From Novosphingobium sp. (lineage in GTDB: Bacteria; Pseudomonadota; Alphaproteobacteria; Sphingomonadales; Sphingomonadaceae): DNA of 33,205 nucleotides. The first letter of the stretch is position 1; each line of letters begins with the position of its first letter. Made by a program: the position numbers and the translations under genes. The notes under the pieces are model-generated. The model was not told the DNA's origin. It made no database searches and worked only from the letters and a program-made list of their open reading frames with translations. Of this stretch, positions 1 through 6,637 are shown one piece after another. The stretch covers positions 1-33,205 of the forward strand of contig JAYSCF010000001.1 in assembly GCA_041915005.1 (NCBI GenBank), read 5' to 3'.

Positions 1-300
1 CTTGCCGTCCGGGCCAAACCGCCAGCCGTGATAGGGGCAGCGAATGTTGTCGCCCTCGACGTGCTCGGCATCCTTGATCACGTAGGAGGTGGTGTTGCGC
101 GCCAGGTGGGTGCCCATGTGCGGGCAATAGGCCTCGACCAGGAAGGCCTTGCCACTCTGCCCACCACGATAGATCACCATGTCCTGGCCGAAATAGCGCA
201 CGGCGATCGGCGCGGTGCCAACCTCTTCGGAGCCGGCAACCATGAACCAGCCGCGCGGATAGGTGAACTCGCCCAGCCCATAGTCTGCGGTCGTAGCCAT
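1..300 (-). CDS. Rieske (2Fe-2S) oxygenase, KshA-like; N-terminal part only, runs off the left window edge
   Basis: Not in the ORF track. Manual translation from ATG at 300 (RBS GGGGAG upstream) gives MATTADYGLGEFTYPRGWFMVAGSEEVGTAPIAVRYFGQDMVIYRG...EAYCPHMGTHLARNTTSYVIKDAEHVEGDNIRCPYHGWRFGPDGK, with Rieske CxH...CxxH ligands and a KshA-like YPRGW start. Confidence 0.9.
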   Translation of the reverse strand, partial: MATTADYGLGEFTYPRGWFMVAGSEEVGTAPIAVRYFGQDMVIYRGGQSGKAFLVEAYCPHMGTHLARNTTSYVIKDAEHVEGDNIRCPYHGWRFGPDGK

Positions 301-364
301 AAATTCTCCCCAATGCCTTGTTGAAGAATCAATAGCGCAAAGCGCAGAGCCTTCGCAACAGATT

Positions 365-379
365 TGCGTAATTTACGCT
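365..379. promoter_or_regulatory. 15-bp near-palindrome TGCGTAA-T-TTACGCT (same half-sites as the 30-bp motif, 1-bp spacer)
   Basis: Read directly in the AT-rich gap upstream of the Rieske gene. Confidence 0.55.
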
Positions 380-397
380 GAAATTCAGAATTTCAGC
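377..397. repeat. Perfect inverted repeat GCTGAAATTC-A-GAATTTCAGC; candidate operator
   Basis: 10-bp arms, 1-nt spacer, intergenic, no U-tract. Confidence 0.55.
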
Positions 398-403
398 AAT
401 CTA

Positions 404-433
404 TGCGTAATTTGATTGGCCCATAGTTACGCA
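404..433. promoter_or_regulatory. 30-bp operator-like motif, copy 1
   Basis: TGCGTAA-tttgattggcccatag-TTACGCA (perfect arms, N16), about 100 bp upstream of the Rieske ATG. Confidence 0.7.
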
Positions 434-441
434 TCATTTCA

Positions 442-939
442 TTACTCCGCGTCACCGTCCAGTTCGGAGGCATCGGCCTCGGTGATCCGCACGACTCGCG
501 CGTTGTACTTCACCGTCTTTACCGCGATCGAGGTTTCGACATGATGCACCCCGGGGATCGCGAGGATCTGATTGGATGCCAGTTCGTGCAGGTTGTCGAG
601 CGTATTGAACAGGCAGATCGCCAGAATATTGAAGCGCCCCATGGTGATCATCACCGCGTTGACCGACGGCAGCTCCGCGATCCGGCGCCCCACTTCACGC
701 ACCTCGCTGAATTCAGCCTGGACGCCAATGAAGGCCATCCGCGCCGAATCCGCCAGCCCAAAGCTGGTGATCGCGGTGAACGAGATCAGGCCTTCCTGCT
801 GCAACCGCTTGATCCGGCCGCGCACCGTGCCTTCGGTCACCCCAAGGTCTACCGCGATCTTGCGGTTCGACACGCGGGCATCGCGGGCCAAAACCTCGAT
901 CAGCTGACGATCCAGGTCATCAAGTTGCGGCGAGGTCAT
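442..939 (-). CDS. Lrp/AsnC family transcriptional regulator
   Basis: LDDLDRQLIEVLARDARVSNRKIAVDLGVTEGTVRGRIKRL AsnC-type HTH plus C-terminal RAM domain (MGRFNILA). The start overlaps the upstream stop (ATGA). Confidence 0.95.
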   Translation of the reverse strand: MTSPQLDDLDRQLIEVLARDARVSNRKIAVDLGVTEGTVRGRIKRLQQEGLISFTAITSFGLADSARMAFIGVQAEFSEVREVGRRIAELPSVNAVMITMGRFNILAICLFNTLDNLHELASNQILAIPGVHHVETSIAVKTVKYNARVVRITEADASELDGDAE

Positions 940-1415
940 GCATCCTCCCGAGCTTCGATCGGCGCAACGTCGAACTTGTACTTGATCACGTCGACCGCGA
1001 CAGCCGGGACCATCGAACGGATCCCGCGGACCTTCGAAAACTTGTTCAACAACACACCTGCAAGATCATCGAAATCGCGCAGCACCACCAGCATATCGAT
1101 ATCATAACGCCCTGTGACCAGATGCGCCGCGAAGACTTCCGGGAATGCCGTCAGCTCCTCGGCCACTTCAGCCGCCGGGCGGCCATCAACCTCGATCGCC
1201 ACTTCCATCAGCACGTTGTACCCATGAGCCGAAAAATCCGAAACGGCGACCACGCGCAGCTTGTCAGCTTCTTCCATCCGGCGAATCCGGGCTGAAACGG
1301 TCGCCGCGGTCAGCCCAAGGCGATTGGCGATCTGCTGGTTGGTTGCCCGCCCATTGACGCGCAGTTGCTCAACAATCGCGCGGTCAATGTCGTCGATCGA
1401 AAAATCTTCGCTCAT
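936..1415 (-). CDS. Lrp/AsnC family transcriptional regulator
   Basis: MSEDFSIDDIDRAIVEQLRVNGRATNQQIANRLGLTAATVSARIRRME HTH and VTGRYDI RAM motif. Start moved to ATG 1415. Confidence 0.93.
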   Translation of the reverse strand: MSEDFSIDDIDRAIVEQLRVNGRATNQQIANRLGLTAATVSARIRRMEEADKLRVVAVSDFSAHGYNVLMEVAIEVDGRPAAEVAEELTAFPEVFAAHLVTGRYDIDMLVVLRDFDDLAGVLLNKFSKVRGIRSMVPAVAVDVIKYKFDVAPIEAREDA

Positions 1416-1485
1416 ACCCCGGCAAAACCCCCAATTTTCAGCCACGTCAACTCTTAGCAGGGAATAGCCCCAATCAATCCACCAT

Positions 1486-1971
1486 TCAAAATCCGCGCAG
1501 TTCGCGTCCAAGCATCGCCGGACTGAACCTCATGACCCTGCGCCGCTCTACCCAGACCACTTCCAGTTGGCGCTCGGCAAACTTCCAGCGGCCGTCCTCC
1601 ATCGCATAGCGATTGTGATAGCGCATTGCGAAATCCAGCAAGGCAAGCTCCGCCCCGTCCGCTTCGCCGGGCAAAATATGGCTGGCAACACCGGTGGTCA
1701 GCCCGGTGATTGTTCCATCATCGGCCTGATCAAAGGTCTGGTTGAAGACATTGTGCTGGGTCTCCTCGAAACTTGCCCGCACTTGCTCGATCATCGCCGC
1801 GCAGCCCTCTGCACCGGCATAGCGGGCCTCGGCCTGCCCCAATCCGCGCATCACCCCGTCGACGGTAAATACCGACGCCAGCATCACCGGGTCGCGGCTA
1901 TCGACCGCAAGCCCATAGCGGAACGCAAGATCATGAAGCTCTTGCGGCGCGGCAAAGGGGCGAGACACCAT
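1486..1971 (-). CDS. NTF2/SnoaL-like protein (BaiE/LinA-like dehydratase fold)
   Basis: LHDLAFRYGLAVDSRD...TQHNVFN...RYHNRYAMEDGRWKFAER pattern. ATG 1971 overlaps the upstream TGA (TGATG). Confidence 0.85.
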   Translation of the reverse strand: MVSRPFAAPQELHDLAFRYGLAVDSRDPVMLASVFTVDGVMRGLGQAEARYAGAEGCAAMIEQVRASFEETQHNVFNQTFDQADDGTITGLTTGVASHILPGEADGAELALLDFAMRYHNRYAMEDGRWKFAERQLEVVWVERRRVMRFSPAMLGRELRGF

Positions 1972-2729
1972 CAATCCCGCTTGATGAGGCCGCCGTTTAC
2001 GTGCCAGACCTGCCCGTTCACCCACTGCCCGTCCTCAGAAGCCAGGAACGCCACCGCGGCGGCGATATCTTCCGGCTTGCCAAGGCGGGTGTGCGGCACG
2101 GTCTTCAGCGTGGCCTCGACATATTCCGGGGTCAGGTGCTGGGCGACCGCTTCGGTCATCACCACACCTGGGCTGATCCCGTTGGCGCGAATGCCCTGCT
2201 TGCCATATTTGGCAGCCACGTGGCGCACCAGCGCATGGATGGCATTCTTGGTCATGGGATAGGCGACCTGGAACGGGTTTCCGCCGGTCGCAGCCCCCGA
2301 CGAGGTATAGATCATCGCCCCGCCGCCACGCTCCAGCATCACCGGGAGTGCCGCCTGGGTTGCGAACATATGGCTTTTGGCGTTGATCGCGAACGAGCGA
2401 TCCAGCACCTCTTCGGTGCAGTGCAACGCATCGATATCGCCTTCGGTCCCGCCTGCAAGGTTGGAATGATAGAAATCGAGCCCGCCGAATTCTCCAAGCG
2501 CCGCCTTGACGATCGCCTCCTGGGAGGCCGCCTTGGTGCCATCAAGATGCACCCCGATCGCCTTGCCGCCAGCCGCGCGGATCGCATCGGCCGTTTCGAT
2601 CGCCCAGGCTTCGGTAATATCGCCGATCACCACGCAGGCACCTTCTTCGGCAAGCCGCCGAGCCGTAGCCGCGCCAATTCCGCGCCCACCGCCAGCCACC
2701 ACGCCTACTTTGCCCTGCAATCCGCGCAT
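1971..2729 (-). CDS. Short-chain dehydrogenase/reductase (candidate hydroxysteroid dehydrogenase)
   Basis: AGGGRGIG, YPMTK, IRANGISPG. GGAG lies 6 nt before ATG 2729. Confidence 0.92.
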   Translation of the reverse strand: MRGLQGKVGVVAGGGRGIGAATARRLAEEGACVVIGDITEAWAIETADAIRAAGGKAIGVHLDGTKAASQEAIVKAALGEFGGLDFYHSNLAGGTEGDIDALHCTEEVLDRSFAINAKSHMFATQAALPVMLERGGGAMIYTSSGAATGGNPFQVAYPMTKNAIHALVRHVAAKYGKQGIRANGISPGVVMTEAVAQHLTPEYVEATLKTVPHTRLGKPEDIAAAVAFLASEDGQWVNGQVWHVNGGLIKRD

Positions 2730-2748
2730 CACCATCTCCATCGAATTT

Positions 2749-2778
2749 TGCGTTACATATTTGCCTATTTTATACGCA
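2749..2778. promoter_or_regulatory. 30-bp operator-like motif, copy 2
   Basis: TGCGTTA-catatttgcctatttt-ATACGCA (N16) in a divergent SDR/SDR gap. Confidence 0.7.
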
Positions 2779-2790
2779 AACAACTGTCAA
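2762..2790 (-). promoter_or_regulatory. Putative sigma70 promoter TTGACA-N17-TAGGCA for the SDR-NTF2(-lrp-lrp) unit
   Basis: Perfect -35 (reverse complement of tgtcaa 2785-2790), 17-nt spacer, TA-starting -10. Overlapped by motif copy 2. Confidence 0.5.
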
Positions 2791-2857
2791 AACCAATTTG
2801 ACCTTTGCTCTTTGCGCAATAAACCCATTTTGAGCGAGACCATAGGGGAGAATCGCA

Positions 2858-3637
2858 ATGAGTGACAGGCTAGCAGGGCGCACCGCCCTGATTACTGGTT
2901 CCGGCGACGGCATCGGCAAGGGACTAGCCCAGCGATTCGCTGCCGAAGGCGCCGCGATTATCGTGGCGGATTTCGATGCGGAAAGCGGCACTGCTTGCGC
3001 CGCCGATATCACGGCCCGAGGCGGCATTGCACGGTTCCTCCCGGCAGACGTCACCGACAAGTCCAGCGTCGCCGCGCTGATGCAGGATGCCGGCCCGGTC
3101 GACATTCTGGTCAACAACGCCTGGCGCGGGAGCGGCGTTGCCCGCTTCGAGAACAAGACCGATGCGCAGATCGACACGGCCCTGCGAATGGGCCCCTATG
3201 CGGCGCACTGGACCATGACCGCAGCCTTTCCGCATATGCGCGCGCAAGGCTGGGGGCGGATCATCAACATGGCCTCGCTCAACGGGGTCAACGCCCACAT
3301 GGGCAGCACCGATTACAACCTGGCCAAGGAAGCGCTGCGGGCGCTGACCCGCACCGCCGCCCGCGAATGGGCGCGCTATGGCATCTGTTGCAACGTGATC
3401 TGCCCCGCGGCACTGTCGGCCTCGGCGCGGCGGATCATGGCCCAGCAACCGGGGATGATCGAGCGGATCGAAGCCGCCAACCCGATGGGACGAATGGGTG
3501 ATCCGGAAGCCGACATCGGCGGCGCGGCCCTGTTCCTGGCTAGCGACGATGCCCGGTATGTCACCGGCAACACCCTATTCGTCGATGGCGGGGCGCACAT
3601 CAACGGAGTCGCCTGGACGCCAGATCTGGGGGAGTAA
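2858..3637 (+). CDS. Short-chain dehydrogenase/reductase
   Basis: TGSGDGIG, LVNNA, YNLAK; RBS GGGGAG. Confidence 0.93.
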   Translation: MSDRLAGRTALITGSGDGIGKGLAQRFAAEGAAIIVADFDAESGTACAADITARGGIARFLPADVTDKSSVAALMQDAGPVDILVNNAWRGSGVARFENKTDAQIDTALRMGPYAAHWTMTAAFPHMRAQGWGRIINMASLNGVNAHMGSTDYNLAKEALRALTRTAAREWARYGICCNVICPAALSASARRIMAQQPGMIERIEAANPMGRMGDPEADIGGAALFLASDDARYVTGNTLFVDGGAHINGVAWTPDLGE

Positions 3638-3655
3638 CGCCCACCCGCGCATCGC

Positions 3656-3964
3656 TCAACCGAAGTAGTGATGCGCCAGAAAAATCGCGCCGACCGGGAA
3701 AGCCCAACCTGCCCGGCCCCATGCGGCAAGGCGGGGGCTCTGGTGGTTCCACAGCCCCAGCGCGCCCGCCGCGCCCATCGCGCCCGCGCCGTCGATCCAG
3801 AACCCGGCAAGACCGCCCAAGCCCAGCAGGCCAAGCAGGCGCACCGCGCCGCCAGCCCGGTCCTTGTCGCAAGGGGTGCGGATCCCCGCCAGGCCCGCCA
3901 GCCCGATCAGGCCCAGCAGCCCGGCTGGGCCTGCCAGCGCGTTCCAGGTTGCATCATCCATCAT
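3656..3964 (-). CDS. Small Gly/Leu-rich membrane protein, function unknown
   Basis: RBS GAGAGG before ATG 3964. Hydrophobic segments AGLLGLIGLAGLAG and LLGLLGLGGLAGFW. It fills the gap behind the amidase. Confidence 0.7.
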   Translation of the reverse strand: MMDDATWNALAGPAGLLGLIGLAGLAGIRTPCDKDRAGGAVRLLGLLGLGGLAGFWIDGAGAMGAAGALGLWNHQSPRLAAWGRAGWAFPVGAIFLAHHYFG

Positions 3965-3986
3965 CGCGGTCCTCTCAAGCGTTGGG

Positions 3987-5510
3987 TTAGCCCAGCGGCG
4001 GGCGATGGCCAAACCAGGGGGCGGCGCGTTCCAATTGCCCGGCCAGCCGGAAAAGCGTGGCCTCATCGCCAAACCGAGCGGTGAACATCACCCCGATCGG
4101 CAATCCCGCCCCTGATTGCGCCAGCGGCACCGACATACTGGGTTGCCCCGTAAGGTTGGCCATTTGCGTGAACGGTGAAAATACCGCTGCGCGCTGCCCC
4201 CATTGCTGGAAATCGCAATCCGGGGTCAGGTTGATCCGTCCCAGTTCCAGCGGCGGAGCCGCCACGGTCGGAGCCAGGATCAAGTCATAGTTCTGCATGA
4301 ACTGCGCCACGGCAAAGGCCAGCTGCTGCATGGTGTTGTTGGCGCGGGCATAGTCCATGCCGGTTGCACGCTTGCCGAATTCAACAAAAGCCAGCGGGAT
4401 GGTTTCCAGGACATCGGGGCCAGGCGTTATCCCGGTCAGCTTGGCCCGATCGGTAACGTCAGCGGCAACCGAGGCCGCGATCAGAACAAAGGCCGCCATG
4501 CCCACGGCGCCCGTATCCCACTTGGGCTGCGCGACTTCGACATGATGCCCCAACCGTTCGCACAGCGCAGCAGCGGCCTGGGCTGCCGCCCGGCATTCGG
4601 GATCGATGGGGCTACCCGAGGGCGAATCCAGCATCAGCGCAATGCGCAGCTTGCCGGGATGCCTGCCAACCTGGGCCAAGAACCCTTCGCCAGGCGCCTG
4701 CACTCCATACCGCGAGCCAAGCTCCGGCCCGTGGGTTGCATCCATGATCGCGGCGCTGTCGCGCACGCTCCAGGTCACGGCGTGGTGCGAGGACAACCCG
4801 CCCCAACCCTCGGTGCGCAGCGGCCCCATCGGGATCCGGCCCCGGCTGGGCTTGAGCCCGAACAGGCCGCAGCATGATGCAGGAATGCGGATCGATCCGC
4901 CCCCATCGGTCGCATGGGCGGCAGGCAAGACCCCAGCGGCCACTGCCGCTGCCGCCCCGCCCGACGAACCGCCGGCGATATGAGTGGCGCTCCACGGATT
5001 GCGGGTATCGCCGGTCAGCTTGTTTTCGGTGGTCCCCGTGAGCCCCATTTCGGGCGTGGTGGTCTTGCCGAATATGGCGAAACCGGCCTTCTCGACCCGC
5101 TTGACCAGTTCAGACGTAACCTCGGCGCGGTAGCCCTTGTAAAAGCGGCTCCCCCCCTCGGTCAGTTCGCCCGCGATATAGGTATTCAGATCCTTGAGCA
5201 GCCACGGCACGCCAGTAAACGGCCCTTTGGGCAAGCCGCGGGCGATGGCGGCACGGGCATAGTCATAGTGCCGCTGCGCGATGAAGTTGAAACGCGGATT
5301 GAGCGCCTCGGCTTTGGCGATGGCGGCATCGAGCAATTCGGTTGGCGACACCTGCCGTTCGCGCACCAGCCGCGCCAGACCCAGCGCATCATAGCTCGTC
5401 ATCAGGTCAGAGCCGACAGGCGCTGCCTGCGCCGCAGCCCGGGCCGTCCCCGTCAGGCCAATCGCTGCGGCAGCAAAGCCGCCCGCAACCACATCACGCC
5501 GCGTTGCCAC
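3987..5510 (-). CDS. Amidase-signature family hydrolase with twin-arginine (Tat) signal; candidate bile-salt/steroid-conjugate amidase
   Basis: LLKDL (catalytic Lys), GGSSGGAAAAVAAG, TDGGGSIRIPAS. N-terminus MATRRDVVAGGFAAAAIGLTGTARAAAQA. Confidence 0.92.
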   Translation of the reverse strand: MATRRDVVAGGFAAAAIGLTGTARAAAQAAPVGSDLMTSYDALGLARLVRERQVSPTELLDAAIAKAEALNPRFNFIAQRHYDYARAAIARGLPKGPFTGVPWLLKDLNTYIAGELTEGGSRFYKGYRAEVTSELVKRVEKAGFAIFGKTTTPEMGLTGTTENKLTGDTRNPWSATHIAGGSSGGAAAAVAAGVLPAAHATDGGGSIRIPASCCGLFGLKPSRGRIPMGPLRTEGWGGLSSHHAVTWSVRDSAAIMDATHGPELGSRYGVQAPGEGFLAQVGRHPGKLRIALMLDSPSGSPIDPECRAAAQAAAALCERLGHHVEVAQPKWDTGAVGMAAFVLIAASVAADVTDRAKLTGITPGPDVLETIPLAFVEFGKRATGMDYARANNTMQQLAFAVAQFMQNYDLILAPTVAAPPLELGRINLTPDCDFQQWGQRAAVFSPFTQMANLTGQPSMSVPLAQSGAGLPIGVMFTARFGDEATLFRLAGQLERAAPWFGHRPPLG

Positions 5511-5515
5511 CGCGC

Positions 5516-6595
5516 TCAGCCCTGCGCCTGCACGTAGTACCGCGAGTAGAACTTGCGGAACTGCGGGATGGGACCGTCGCCATCGCAGATGATCGGATTG
5601 GGTTCGAACTTCTGGCGATCCCAGACCACCTTGTCCTGATCGTACTGCTTGCAGATATCACGGATGATTGCACGTGCCACGCCGGCACGCTCGCCCTCAG
5701 CCTGAGCCTTGGGCTGGGCAAAGCAGAACCGGGTGTGGCAATGATCAAGCTCAACCGGCACGATACAAGCCATCAGCAGGGTTTCGGAAATGCCGGTGAA
5801 GCGGGTCCAGCTTTGCCCCGGGCCCATCGTGTCATAGCTGATGCAGCCATCAACTTCGCCCCAGGGGGTCCCCATCTTGGCGCGGACATCGGCACCCCGG
5901 CCCCATTCACCCCAGCGCAGTTCGCCCAGCGGCACATTGGCCGTGCCGTGAATGTAGCGGAAGTGCGCCACATCGACGCCGTTCTCAGCCATGTTTTGGA
6001 CATTGCCCCAGACGTTCCATTCATGGACTTCGAAATCGGTCCATTCCGGGTCCGAACATTCTGGAAGATGTGCCACCTCGAACAGGGGATCCACGCCCTC
6101 GGGATGATACCACATCCAGATCCAGCGATTGGCCTCGGTCACAGGGTAGGTGCGGGTGCACTTGCGCTTGACCTGCGGCGGAATCGCCTTGGCATAGGGG
6201 ATTTCCTTGACCGCGCCTTCCTGCCCGTCATAGCGCCAGGCGTGGAACGGGCATTCCAGCAGGTTGCCGTGAACCTTGCCGCCGTGCCCCATGTGCGCAC
6301 CCAGATGCTTGCAATAGGCATCGATGATCCGGACCTGGCCGTCTTCGCCGCGCCACATCGCCAGATCGCGCGCAAAATAGCGCAGCGGCTTGACCTCGCC
6401 CACGGCAAGACTGGTCGACAGTTCGATCGGATACCACCCGAACGGGAAACCGATATCCATGTTGCGCTCCGCAACCGAGGCCCGCCCCGTCACCGGGGCC
6501 AGTCGCCAGTCGATCAGGTCCTGCCCCTTGAGGCTTTCGAGTAGCTGCCACACCGCCACCGGGGCAGTACGCGCATCAGTCGCGGAATTCGTCAT
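5516..6595 (-). CDS. Rieske monooxygenase, KshA/Neverland-like (steroid hydroxylase or desaturase candidate)
   Basis: CKH-x17-CPFH, mononuclear Fe motif ENGVDVAHFRYIH, C-terminal QDKVVW...CDGDGPIPQFRKFYSRYY; RBS GGGGAG. Confidence 0.92.
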   Translation of the reverse strand: MTNSATDARTAPVAVWQLLESLKGQDLIDWRLAPVTGRASVAERNMDIGFPFGWYPIELSTSLAVGEVKPLRYFARDLAMWRGEDGQVRIIDAYCKHLGAHMGHGGKVHGNLLECPFHAWRYDGQEGAVKEIPYAKAIPPQVKRKCTRTYPVTEANRWIWMWYHPEGVDPLFEVAHLPECSDPEWTDFEVHEWNVWGNVQNMAENGVDVAHFRYIHGTANVPLGELRWGEWGRGADVRAKMGTPWGEVDGCISYDTMGPGQSWTRFTGISETLLMACIVPVELDHCHTRFCFAQPKAQAEGERAGVARAIIRDICKQYDQDKVVWDRQKFEPNPIICDGDGPIPQFRKFYSRYYVQAQG

Positions 6596-6637
6596 TATTT
6601 TCTCCCCGGAAGTCCGGCGTACATTTTGTTTTTCAGA

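Noticed and set aside
28-324. 98-aa plus-strand ORF
   Set aside because: Antisense to the clear Rieske gene at 1-300 on the minus strand.
404-433. Reading the 30-bp motif as a terminator, REP/MITE or CRISPR repeat
   Set aside because: It has short arms with an unconserved AT-rich spacer, occurs only upstream of genes and never in convergent gaps, and shows no array or target-site duplication.
1415-1450. Possible leaderless promoter for the lrp pair (TTGACG-N17-TTTTGC-N6-ATG, minus strand)
   Set aside because: The -10 box lacks the conserved TA, so it cannot be supported without TSS data.
6606-6635. CCGGA-ag-TCCGG hairpin and a lone GCGTA half-site between the amidohydrolase and Rieske genes
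   Set aside because: The stem is only 5 bp and there is no partner half-site at 16-17 bp, so it is too weak to call a terminator or operator.
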